Source: Octopus sinensis (lineage: Eukaryota). Taken from it: a DNA stretch of 64,000 nt. The notes beneath the pieces are model-generated. The model made no database searches. It saw only the letters and a list, made by a program, of their open reading frames with translations, and was not told where the DNA came from. Each line of letters opens with the position of its first letter. Position 1 is the first letter of the stretch. Positions 26,617 to 39,949 of the stretch are shown in pieces. The stretch is taken from positions 179,366,001 to 179,430,000 of the forward strand of contig NC_042997.1 of assembly GCF_006345805.1 (NCBI RefSeq), given 5' to 3'. Made by a program: the position numbers and the translations under genes.

Positions 26617-27131
26617 CCGTAAATCCTCGAGTGTAGTCTGCCCTTGAGTATAATACGCAGGGGATTTTTGGGAGGCTGTAGTTCTAAAAAACCTAAACCT
26701 TGTGTATAATACGCACTCCTTCTCTAACTTGCGTAATTAAACCAGCAGCACCTAGTCGAACAAACACTTCTACGCATGCGTGATACAATGATAGTGATGT
26801 TCTTAATTGCTATATGGGAATACAAATATGTTTGCAAGTCGTTTTTGTTACATGTTATTCTGTGTTTTGAATACTTTTATTTAAATAAATGTTGTTTACT
26901 GCAAGTTATGGACGATTCTTTTATGACTTCATTGCTTTCAGACTTAGCTTAAGGTATTTTCGCACCCGACATCACAAAATGCGTCTAAATAAACATTGCC
27001 GGACAGCAAATGGAGACCCGGACATTGCTTAGAAATTAATTTTCATTTTTAACCTCGTATATAGTACGCACTAGGGATTTTGACTTTTAAATTTTGGGGA
27101 AAAAAAGCAGATTATACTCGAGGATTTACGG
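26617..27131. mobile_element. Non-autonomous pogo/Tigger-like (Tc1/mariner superfamily) MITE, 515 bp
   Basis: TA duplication at 26615-26616 and 27132-27133; 25-bp TIRs CCGTAAATCCTCGAGT(G/A)TA(G/A)TCTGC with 2 mismatches; subterminal gtataatacgca repeats. Confidence 0.9.
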
Positions 27132-27559
27132 TATAATCTTCACCTGGTGGAATTTTTCGTCGACTAGCACGGGTAGCGACTGAGAGTTACGCTCAAGCAT
27201 TCAGTACTATAAACTGGAGTGCTGTATATTATCGTATACAGTATTCTTATTCCGATTTTCTTTAAAACAGACCTCTTCGATTTCAATGGTTCATTATTAA
27301 AGCAAATGACACCTATTTTTCTTCACTACAAACATCATTTTACTAAACAGTTTGTGTAGTTCAGTTATACCAAGTATGAATCTATAACTCAGTGTTAACA
27401 AGCGTTTAAATAAGAAACTTAAAATGTCGGAGATCTTCAGTACTGAAATGAGGATTTGACACGGAGTCTGAAAAAAAAAACAACTTCTCATAACACGCAA
27501 CATTTTTCTTAGGCTTAACTTATAAAATTTTACTGCGGTTGTTGCCCAAATTCCAAAGA

Positions 27560-27578
27560 GAGCGAGCGAGCGAGAGAG

Positions 27579-27640
<62 letters not shown>
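27560..27640. repeat. (GA)n microsatellite with GAGC variants
   Basis: Directly visible. Confidence 0.95.
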
Positions 27641-27645
<5 letters not shown>

Positions 27646-28477
27646 GTTCTTAGGTAGTAGTCGGCTTCATTTCTTTAAGAAGAATTCAAAGTTTTAAAAC
27701 AAAAACCAGAACGGGTATATTCGTGTGTGTGTGTAAAAGTGTGTTATGCACATGAATAAATGAAAATTACAATTCGTTTGTGTAGTGAAGCTGACGTGAT
27801 TGCTCCGTGTTTTTGGTACATTAATGAAGTAATTGATTCCCAGAATTCACAGATCTATTCTATATCATTTCTTAGATATTCGTGTTTTGTTTCAGTCGCT
27901 CCACTTGCTTATGAATACGTTGCTGAGAAATAATTAATTGGATCACTATTTGGCAGCTGCAGATATTGCGAGAAGGAATAACGAAGAGAGTGAGAGAGAG
28001 AGAGAAGGGGGGGAGCGAGAGAGAGAATAAAAAGAAAAATGAACAGATAAGAGAAAGAAGCGGAAATTTAGAGGAGGTGAAGAGAAAGAGAGAGAAAGAG
28101 ACAGAGAGAAAGGGAAAGAGAGAGAGAGAGAGAAAGACATAGAGGGACAGAGAGAGAGAGCGAGAAAGAGAGAAAGACTGCAACTAGATTTGAGAATGCG
28201 GACATTAGAACAGGAGATGTGTCTTTGGTTCATTTATATACAGGATTTATTTATATATATTGCACACACACGTGTGTTTATGTATATATATATATATATA
28301 TAATATACATACATACATATGTATGTATCTATATACAGATATTTATACATATAAATATATATATATATACATATATATATGTATTATATATATATATATT
28401 ATATATATATATATGATTGTTTGTATGTGTCTATATATATATTTATACATATATACATATACATACATACATACATG

Positions 28478-28509
<32 letters not shown>

Positions 28510-28871
28510 CATATATATATCTTTAGTGTATTCTATTCAACAGGTGACAGCATAAATATAGGCAAAAACTCAGTATGTCTGCTGCGTGAATATATGTATA
28601 TTTAGTGGGAAAAAAGTCAACGCATAAGGGTGGCTCTCATTTTCATTGCTGTTACAGAATAAATGGCGATGCATCCACTGTTCTGCAACATTGAAATATG
28701 AGATCTAACACGTAAGCAATAAATTTCCAATAAATATGGTACAGGTCTGATGAATCAATGTTGCAGAACACCGGTTATATTAACACTTATTCGGCTACTG
28801 CAAAGAAAATGACAATCATCCTTATTTCTTAGAACTTTGTGCTGTAACACACAAATTTTGCACATAATATA

Positions 28872-29100
28872 CCTATTTCTTTATTACCCACAAGGGGCTA
28901 AACACAGAGGGAACAAACAAGGACAGACATAGGTATTAAGTCGATTACATCGACCCCAGTTCGTAACTGGTACTTAATTTATCGACCCCGAAAGGATGAA
29001 AGGCAAAGTCGACCTCGGCGGAATTTGAACTCACAACGTAATGCAGACGAAATACCGCTAAGCATTTCGCCCGGCGTGCTAACGTTTCTGCCAGTTCACC
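28872..29100 (-). mobile_element. SINE family A monomer
   Basis: Complete head, body and tail 1 in reverse orientation. Confidence 0.92.
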
Positions 29101-29363
29101 TACCTACGATGAGGTGCTGAAAAGGTTCTGGCTTTAAGAGTCTCGTAAGATGCCTGGTTGGGGGCTGAAAATTTCCGAGTCTCTAAAAGGCTTAGAAAAA
29201 CTGAAGGATAGTTGCAATAAGTGTGTGAACCAGAGAGGGGAATATGTTTAATACAATCATAGTTACCTGATCCTCCCGTATGTCTTTTTTTTTTAACCCT
29301 AAGTCGAGAACTTTTCAGCACCCAATGGTACATAAATACAATGGTACATAAATACAAATAAAA

Positions 29364-29590
29364 TAAAGGCGGCGAGGTGGCAGAACCGTTAGCACCCCGG
29401 GCGAAATGCGTAGCCGTATTTCGTCTGCCGTTACGTTCTGAGGTCAAATTCCGCCAAGGTCGACTTTGCCTTTCATCCTTTCGGGGTCGATAAATTAAGT
29501 ACCAGTTACGCACTGGGGTCGATGTAATCAACTTAATCAGTTTGTCTCTTCTGTGTTTAGCCCCTTGTGGGTAGTAAAGAAATAGGTACA
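29364..29590 (+). mobile_element. SINE family A monomer with TSD
   Basis: Full copy; ggtacataaatacaaata at both 29343-29360 and 29585-29602. Confidence 0.92.
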
Positions 29591-29937
29591 TAAATACAAA
29601 TATATGCACTCCTACGCGCGCGCACGCATGCACGCAAACACGCACACACACACACACACAGATATACTTTTATATGTTTCAGTAATAACAAAATGGTCGT
29701 TTTGTGGCGAAACTTGGATAAATTAAGACGACCAGATAGCCACGCCATTACCCCCACCTATACTCATTTTCTTAGATCAGGTTCGCATTCTATCGTTCTT
29801 TTAGCTGAACTGCTAAGTTACGGGGACGCAAAAAAGTTGAGAGCGATTATGAAGTGATGGGAAGACAAACACACACTGAAAAATAAACACGCGCACACAG
29901 TGGTACATATATACACATATATATTTCCTTTTTGGAG

Positions 29938-30410
29938 GTGTATTCACCTGAATAAAATTACTGCTGTTGTTTGTCAACAACAACTATTGGCGGTGTATAT
30001 TTCATTTGTCACTGTTATTTATGACATCGTTCGTGCGTTTGTACTGGTTTTAGCTTTAAGGTGTTAGGGTTAGGGTTTTAGGATTAGGGTTAATGTTTTA
30101 GTGTTGGGGTTTTAGAGTTAGAGCTTCGGAAAAAATGAAAAATGAAGAAATTGGAGGGATAGCGAGGTGCGAAAAATTATTTCCGAAAATAGGAGCTGAA
30201 AGACAAGAAAAAAAAAATAAAAGCAGTAGATATGCACGAACGATTATGGTGGTGCCATGAAGTAAACATGCTTCAGATACACTCGTTTATTCATACAAAC
30301 GTAACGGAGATGAAATATGTCATCAGTAACAGTGACAAACGAAATATAAACCGTCGGAAGCTGTTGTTGACAAACAACAGCAGTAATTTTATTCAGTTGA
30401 ATACACGTCA
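29938..30410. repeat. About 95-bp inverted repeat pair flanking a spacer with TTAGGG-like repeats
   Basis: gtgtattcacctgaataaaattactgctgttgtttgtcaacaac...tgtcactgtta (29938-30030) is the inverse of taacagtgaca...gttgttgacaaacaacagcagtaattttattcagttgaatacac (30320-30408). Confidence 0.8.
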
Positions 30411-30877
30411 TTGATTGGTTGAAATAACCGAAATACAACAACTTTAGCACGAAATAACTTTGAACGTATAAACTTTTCTCAACAATACTAAAAGTAAAAG
30501 ATGTTTTATATGACACATTCTACCACCGTTCGAAGTTTGAAAGTGTTTAGTTATAAAAAAATTGATTTCTCGATCTGCCGTTCAAAGGATAAAGATCCAA
30601 CTTTTACTTTTGCAACACCTCTTGCAGTCAATAATTTTGGTTATAAATTATTAAAGCTTTGTGTTATAATCTTTGATTTCATTCCTACTGATATTCTGAA
30701 GAGTTTTTCAGTAATTTATCGCAGATTTATAGAGACCAGAATGAAATCTAAGATATCCATTTGCATCCACAAAATTTTACAGTTTTCGTATAAGTTGCCT
30801 AACTTATATCTAGTAGTTTTAAAGCTGAGCTCAATTAACCTCAATGTATTGGAATGAACTGATACAATATCATCAAC

Positions 30878-31280
30878 AGGAGTGGCTGTGTGGTAAGTAG
30901 CTTGTCTACCAACCACATGGTTCCGGGTTCAGTCCCACTGCGTGGCACCTTGGGCAAGTGTCTTCTACTAGAGCCTCGGGCCGACCAGAGCCTTGTGAGT
31001 GGATTTAGTAGACGGAAACTGAAAGAGGCCCGTCGTATATATGTATATATATATGTATGCGTGTATATGTTTTTGTGTCTGTGTTTGTCCCTTAGCATTG
31101 CTTGACAACCGATGCTGGTGTGTTTATGTCCCCGTTACTTAGCGGTTCGGCAAAAGAGACCGATAGAATAAGTACTGGGCTTACAAAAGAATAAGTCCCG
31201 GGTCGAGTTGCTCGATTAAAGGCGGTGCTCCAGCATGGCCGCAGTCAAATGACTGAAACAAGTAAAAGAGTAAAAGAGTA
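30878..31280 (+). mobile_element. SINE family B, full-length reference copy
   Basis: tRNA-like head aggagtggctgtgtggtaag (A box), gggttcagtccc (B-box-like), core ttgggcaagtgtcttctact, internal (TA)(TG) tract, tail gcatggccgcagtcaaatgactgaaacaagtaaaagag. Confidence 0.9.
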
Positions 31281-32768
31281 AATGAATAGCCTTCGTGATA
31301 ACTTTTCAAAACACAGCCTCAATGTTGTTTCATTCCATGAATGCTAGTCGAATGACAATACGTAGATTGAAACGATTAAGCTCAACAATGTGTAACATTT
31401 AACACACCAATCAAATTTAAAAGTTGGGTAATAAAATACAAATCATTGTATCACATATTGAAGGATCCATTATATAATAATTTATATGCTTTATACAATA
31501 ACTTTCCCGCAGAACTTTTACTTCAACCCCTCTCTTTGAAAATCATCAGCATGCTGGAATTCATCGTAACATATTATCGAATATAATCAGCATGATAGCA
31601 AGAAATTTTAGGAGAAATTAAAAATCCATTATCTCAAATGATCCATGAATTACTGAAAAATAAGCCACTTTTGATAGATTAAGCTAGACTGAAAGAAAAT
31701 TCTCTTCTTTTAGTACAACTACTATCGACTCCGGTGTTGTTTAGTATTTACTTCACCTGTGCCCAAATTGGGAATATTATATTTAATAGAAAGCGGGTTT
31801 TACTCCTATTTTTACTGAATTCGATCTGACATAGCAATGGTCATCTAGAGATTAATATTTTAAGCGAAGTGTTCTTTTGTAATAACTATCAAGAAATGCG
31901 TTAGGCAAACGTTGGGAATAGCAAAGCTAACTTTAACGTCAAGTAGTTCATGCATGCACAGTTATATCTAGGTTGCGTTTAAAGATAATTTCCCATTTTA
32001 ATTCCTCTCAAGGAAGTAAGCCTATCGAGATACATCCTTAAGAGGAAGCCTAAACCATAACTAACTTGAACTGTGTATAAACTTTTCGATTAACATCAAG
32101 AAATGTGTGCACAGATTTAAAATAAGTTGTGTTATTCCCCTATCGGGAAGGGGAGACCGAATTTCTAGAAAATCAAATTTGCCCAGCGATGCTGTATAAT
32201 CAACACGTGTGAAGTATAAAATATTATAAATATCTCTGTTAAAGGGGTGAAGCACGAGATAGTCTCAGAAATCTTAACATGCACTATTAACTAGATTTTC
32301 TTGATATAACTTCAGTATAGCGATCTAACGGCTTACGTTATGCGTTCAAGTCCCGGCGGTGTCAAATTTGCCTGTCATTCTTCCCTGATTGATAAAATAA
32401 AATACTAGTCAAGTACTGAGTTTGATGGCATTAAGTGATGCCCTTGCGTCCAATTTGGTAAGCGTCTGCATATATGCGAAACTATTAACTATATTTACTA
32501 CATATTTCTTCAGTATCAAAACCGGGTTCACTACACACCGATTTCAAATCCCATGGAAGTTAGGTTCCATTAAATAAAAATACTAGTTATAATCTATTTA
32601 ATCAACGACACAATGGCACCACAATTTCTGGACCTGTGCCTGCGTTAGAAAGCATCACAGAGTCCGGTGAATTGCAGATTTTGCTTCAGTTATTATATGC
32701 TTTGATTTTAGATCCCATCGATGGCCAACCCTGACTTCAATCTTTCTGAAGATGATAAAACTAAGTAA

Positions 32769-33186
32769 AAAAGGCGGCGCCCTGGCAGAAACGTTAGCAC
32801 GCCGGGCGAAATGCTTAGCAGTATTTCGTCTGCCGCTACGTTCTGAGTTCAAATTCCGCCGAGGTCGACTTTGTCTTTCATCCTTTCGGGGTCGATTATT
32901 TAAGTACTAATTACCCACTAGGGTCGATATAATCGACTTAATCCGTTTGGCTGTCCTTGTTTGTCCTCTCTGTGTTTAGCCCCCTTGTGGGTAGTAATTA
33001 AATAGGTATTTCGTCTGCCGCTACGTTCTGAGCTCAAATTCCGCTGAGGTCGACTTTGCCTTTCATCCTTTCGGGGTCGATAAATTAAGTACCTGTTACG
33101 CACTGGGGTTGATATAATCGACTTAATCCGTTTGGCTGTCCTTGTTTGTCCTCTGTGTTTAGCCCCTTGTTTGTAGTAAAGAAGTA
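32769..33186 (+). mobile_element. SINE family A head-body-body dimer with TSD
   Basis: Junction aaatag|gtatttcgtctgcc near 33005; flanking gataaaa(c/t)taagtaa at 32754-32768 and 33187-33201. Confidence 0.92.
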
Positions 33187-33559
33187 GATAAAATTAAGTA
33201 AGAATCAAGTATTGTGATCAATAGTATGGGTTAACACCTCTCTCGTCAAAGCAATTATTTTCTGTGTAGGAGGTACACGGATTATTAGAATCGGTTTATC
33301 ATTAAAGGATATACACTGCTGTGTCTTATTATCAGTTCAGGTTCCACTTAGGTCGATGTTGTGTTTCAGCCATTCTGACATCCATAAAACTGAATTGTGA
33401 TGAGATTATGTAATTGCTTGTTTCGTCTACTAAAATAAATGTCCTTCTGTTTATATCAGATTGATATGAGTACATTGATATATACAAGTATATGTGTACG
33501 TGTGTGCATATATATATGTATATATATATATAATATATATATATATAATATATATATAT

Positions 33560-33792
33560 ATTTCTTTACTACACACAAAAGGCTAAACACAGAGGGGAAA
33601 AACAAGGAGAGACAAACGGATTAAGTCGATTATATCGACCCCAGTGCGTAACTGGTACTTAATTTATCGACCCTGAAATGATGAAAGGCAAAGTCGACCT
33701 CGGCGGAATTTGAACTCAGAACGCAACGGCAGATGAAATACGGCTACGCCTTTCGCCCGGCGTGGTAACATTTCTGCCAGCTCACCGCCTTA
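33560..33792 (-). mobile_element. SINE family A monomer
   Basis: Full reverse-oriented copy next to a (TA)n tract. Confidence 0.9.
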
Positions 33793-33829
33793 GAATAAAT
33801 AAATAGATAAATAATTAAATGAATAAATG

Positions 33830-35404
33830 TATATATACATATACATACATACATACATACATACATATACATACATACATACATATATATACATACATAC
33901 ATATACATACATACATACATACATTCATATATATATACATACATATATACATACATACATATATACATACATACATATATATATACATATATACATACAT
34001 ACATATATACATACATATATATATATACATACATACATACATACATATATATATATACATACATACATACATCCATATATATATACATACATACATACAT
34101 ACATATATATATATACATACATACACACATATATATATATACATACATACATACATATATATAACATACATACATACATATATTATACATATACATACAT
34201 ATATACATATATACATACATATTATATATACATACATATATACATATATACATACATATATATATATACATACATATATATATACATACATATAAACATA
34301 CATATATACATACTACATATATACATACTATATACATACATATATACATACATACATATATACATACATACATACATATATACATACATATATACATACA
34401 TACATATATACATACATATATATATACATACATATATATATACATACTACATATACATACATACATATACTACATACATACATATACATATATATACATA
34501 CATACATATATACATACATACATACATATATACATACATACATACAATATACATACATACATACATATATACATACATACATACATACATACATACATAC
34601 TACATACATACATATATACATACATACAATACATATATACATACATACATACACATATACATACATAACTACATACATACATACATACATACATACATAC
34701 ATAATACATACTACATACTACATACATACATACATACATACATACATACATACATACATACATACATACATACATACATACATACATACATACATACATA
34801 CAGACATACATACATACATACATTACATACATACATATATACATACATACATACATATATATATATACATACATACATATATATATATACATACATACAT
34901 AATATATATAACATACATACATATTATATATATACATACATATATATATTACATACATACATATATACATACATACATATATATATACATACTACATATA
35001 TATATACATACATAATATATATACATACATACATATATATATATTACATACATACATACATATATATACATACATACATATATACATACATACAATATAT
35101 ATATATACATACATACATATATATATATATACATACATACATATATATAATATAATACATACATACTATATATATATACATACATACATATATATATATT
35201 ACATACATACATATATATATATTACATACATACATATAATATATATACATACATACATATATATATATACATACATACATACAATATATATACATACATA
35301 CATATATATATATAACATACATACATATATACATACATAATATATAATACATACATAATATATAATACATACATACATATATATATACATACATACTATA
35401 TATA

Positions 35405-35437
<33 letters not shown>

Positions 35438-35467
35438 TATACATACATACATACATACATATATACA

Positions 35468-35503
<36 letters not shown>

Positions 35504-36555
35504 TACATACATACATATACATACATATATATATACATACATACATATACATACATATATATATACATACATACATATATATATACATACATACATATAT
35601 ATACATACATACATATATATATACATACATACATATATATATACATACATATATATATACATACATACATATATATATATACATACATACATATATACTA
35701 CATATATATATATTACATATATATACATATATATATAATACATACATATATAATACATACAATATATATATACATACATACATATATATATACATACATA
35801 TATATATACATACATATATAATACATACATATATATATACATACAATATATATATACATACATTATATATATACATACATAATATATATATACATACCTA
35901 TATATATACATACATACATATATATATACATAATATATATATATACATACATATATATATCATATACATATATATATACATACATATATATATACATACA
36001 TATATATATACATACATACATATATATATTACATACATATATAGATACATACATATATATATATACATACATACATATATATATACATACATTATATATA
36101 TACATACATACATATATATATATATACATACATTATATATATACATACATATATATATACATTACATATATATATATACATACATACATATATATATACA
36201 TACATATATATATACATTACATACATATATATAACATACATATATATATATATACATACATATATATATACATACATATATAAATATATACATACATATA
36301 TATACATACATACATATAATATATACATACATATTACATACATATATACATACATACATATATATATACATACATATATATACATATACATATATATATA
36401 TATATACATACATATATATATATATACATACAGATATATATATACATACATACATATATACATATATATACATACATAATATATATATACATACATATAT
36501 ACATATATATACATACATATATACATACATATATACATACATATATTACATACAC

Positions 36556-36590
<35 letters not shown>

Positions 36591-36672
36591 CATACATATA
36601 TACATACATATAATACATACATACATAATACATACATATATACATACATACATATATATCTATATATACATA

Positions 36673-36705
<33 letters not shown>

Positions 36706-36937
36706 CATACATACTATATACATACATACATATATACATACATATATACATACATACATATATACATCATACATACATATATACATACATACATACATAC
36801 ATACATATTATACATACATACATACATACATACATAATACATACATACAATACATACATACATCATATATACATACATACATATATACATACATACATAT
36901 ATATATATACATGTATGTATGTATGTATGTATGTATG
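33830..36937. repeat. About 3.1-kb compound (TACA)n/(TA)n microsatellite
   Basis: Directly visible; switches to the complementary (TATG)n phase near 36911. Confidence 0.97.
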
Positions 36938-36939
36938 TA

Positions 36940-37140
36940 ACGGGAAGCTTTATGAAAATAAACAAAAGACGAAGGCAGGTGGAAAACAAACGAACAATTG
37001 TATTAGTATGGCGCTCAGGAAATATAAATAAAACAAGTCTTTAACGTTTCGAGCCTACGCTCTTCAACAGAAAGATACACAGAGAGAGAAAAACACAGAA
37101 AGAAGGAGAGAAAAAAAATGCGTGCAGTAGCTAACGAATC
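36940..37140 (-). mobile_element. Penelope-like element terminal fragment with hammerhead-like motif
   Basis: Minus strand tctttctgttgaagagcgtaggctcgaaacgttaaaga...tttcctgagcgccatactaatacaattgtt; flanked by (TATG)n on both sides. Confidence 0.65.
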
Positions 37141-37171
<31 letters not shown>

Positions 37172-37849
37172 TGTGTGTATTTGTAGTTATAGTAAGTAAT
37201 AGAAAGTAATAGTAATAGTAGCTATTGTGTTTAACTCTTTTCAGACCTGATCGAATGTTGGAGGTCGATTTGAATGTTACTTCTACGAAATAGAAGCAGT
37301 ATACTGGAATTTTGATTCGTTGTTTATACGTGTATGATGTAGAACTACAATATCCAGACTGTTATTCGTTTCGTTTATCTTCCATCTGATAAGACAAAAA
37401 GAAACGAGGCTGCCGTTTGTTGCATGTAAATCGGGCAGAGATGTTTATTTCGTCATCTCACCATTTTAAACTGTTGGAGGAATCACAAAAAGTTTCAATA
37501 TGTGTATTAGAGATATCGCAAGTGCATAAAATTCTGTGAAAAAATTGAAGTAGAAAAAAATCAAAGAAGCCGAACGATTCAATAAATGAAGTCCATCAGC
37601 GTGTGGCACGGAGCATACAGAAAAGAAATAAGACCTCTGCAGACACGCAACCTATTATAAATAATTACTGAATATCCCGCATAAGAGGAAAATGTATCAG
37701 ATAATTCTGTCCTTCGGATGTATTTGTTCAGATGTCTACTCCATTGGATTTGACTTGGTTTAAATAAGAAGATGAGAGAAAAAAGAGAAGGAAAAGAAGA
37801 TGACAAAGCAGAGGAGCTAAAGTAGCTCTGATACAGGTTATTATTTCTT

Positions 37850-38266
37850 CTCATTTCCTTATTGCCCACAAGGGGCCATACATAGTGAGGACAAACAAGG
37901 ACAGACAAAGGATTAAGTCGATTATATCGACCCCAGTGCGTAACAGGTACTTAATTTATCGACCCCGAAAGGATGAAAGGCAAAGTCGACCTCGGCGGAA
38001 TTTGAACTCAGAACGCAGCGGCGGACAAAATGCCTATTTCTTTACTACCCACAAGGGGCTAAACACAGAGAGGACAAACAAGGACAGACAAACGGATTAA
38101 GACGATTATATCGACCCTAGTGCGTAACTAGTACTTATTTAATCGACCCCGATAGGATGAAAGACAAAGTCGACCTCGGCGGAATTTGAACTCAGAACGT
38201 AGCGGCAGACGAAATAGCGCAAAGCATTTCACCCAGCGTGCTAACGTTTCTGCCAGCTCGCTGCCT
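37850..38266 (-). mobile_element. SINE family A head-body-body dimer with TSD
   Basis: Junction near 38030-38040; identical tacaggttattatttctt at 37832-37849 and 38267-38284. Confidence 0.92.
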
Positions 38267-39614
38267 TACAGGTTATTATTTCTTTTAATTTTTTGTAGGC
38301 TGTATCAGTTGGAGGATATTCATATATGTAGTACTGTGGTATCTCATTCACTGAGTCAGAGAGAAATACATAGTGCAGCAACACTAAACAAAATATCAAA
38401 CTCTGTCAACCCTACAGCAGAAATATGGATATATATCGAGCTGACTAAAAAATGACACGATTTATGAATGAACTTCATGAATGACTAAATACAGGTTTCG
38501 TGTTGGCTAAATGAGTGAACGCAGAATTCTTGAATTAGTAATTAAAGTGAAGAAAAATAAATTCAAAGGGGAATTGAAACCGCGTCGGATAGTTTCTTCT
38601 TCTATAGTGCTCGTTACATCAAAATATATCTTGGAATAACCTAAAAAGATTATGGTATCTAATCAACACATGTCTAAAACGTTATTCAAAGGAAACTGAT
38701 TCTCTGCGTTTCTCAGTCATAGCTACAGTTAATGATACAACATTCTTTCATATGTAAAGAAAGAATATTTCTCTCGCTGCTTAGTAGAATAAAATGCGCG
38801 TAATGCGCCTTTCTAACGTACGCGAATGAAATTAATGGCATTATTAACCCGTTATTCTATATACAAGAGATTCTAAAGATCATGGATCGATGTATATCAA
38901 TATAAAGCTAAATTAGTTGGAGACGAAATATCTGAACAAAATCCCTAAACAGATCCCATGCGGCGTCTTAAACCGAGTAGATAGTCTATAATTTAGATAA
39001 TTATTATAACGTTAAACGATTTCAAAATCTGATATTTTTCTCTTTTGTATGAATTCTTCTGCATTCTAGAATGTTATTTCAGAAATATATATTTTTTCTT
39101 TCTGTATGGCATATCTTTTACTGAACATGTATGAAAGGATTTTTCTTGGTAAATTTCTTCTTTTTTGTTTCTTTTTATTAAATTCAAAAAGTCAAAACAT
39201 AAAAGAAATTTATCAAGAAAACATGGAGACCTTCTTCTTTAATCTTCATCGTTGAAAGCATAATAATTCAGATAAGAAGTAAAAAACTGATAATGATGAT
39301 AATGACATCAACAACAACATAAATAATAACTTATCTATTGGCCACAAGGGCTTACGAAATGGGAAAATGTAAGAACGGGATAAAAGAACATGGGATTTTC
39401 ATGAAGTATAACAGAAAATATTAAGGAAAGTAATAATAATAGTCCAGAAAATGGGGTTGTCATTTAGGATCTATCAAAGACGTTCGGAGATCTGGGATTG
39501 CCCAGGATTTCTAAGGACTAGCGCCCTAATCTAGCAGTCATTTTCGGATCTTTCTGTGCCGTATGAATATGTCCCTCGTTTAAGAAACAGATTGTGTTTA
39601 TTTACATTTCTGAA

Positions 39615-39745
39615 GAAAAAAAGATACCTTTCCCCCCACTCCTAACCCTAACTAACCCTAACCCTAAAACAGATTGAAATGCAATAAATCGATACTAGGG
39701 TCATAATTATGGGTGACAATTTCATATGACACCGCTAGAAAAAAC
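39615..39745 (-). repeat. Short element with (CCCTAA)-like repeats, related to 29990-30130
   Basis: Reverse complement gcggtgtcatatgaaattgtcacccataattatgac...ttagggttagggttag resembles gcggtgtatatttcatttgtcactgttatttatgac...ttagggttaggg. Confidence 0.55.
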
Positions 39746-39949
39746 TGCTGGTCAAACCGAAAATATGTCATTTTCTACCCAACAGGGGGCGAATATGTTT
39801 ATTCACTCAGGTCATTCACGCCAATTTTACCTAGCTTTCAGCAAAGTTACTGGAAATCAGCACTTTGTTTCCCACATTTACCTGTTTTTCCAAGTTGAAA
39901 CAAACTGTCTATTACATATTAACCAAAAACAAAATTGTTTCTCTTCCAT

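Noticed and set aside
33744-36989. Long ORFs up to 442 aa (YIHT/MYVC repeats)
   Set aside because: They translate the (TACA)/(TA) microsatellite, which lacks stops in several frames. The same applies to similar ORFs at 147-2066, 8307-9713, 22589-23056 and 28219-28605.
39640-39670. True telomere or chromosome-fusion site
   Set aside because: Only a few degenerate CCCTAA units inside a dispersed element, with no long or head-to-head array.
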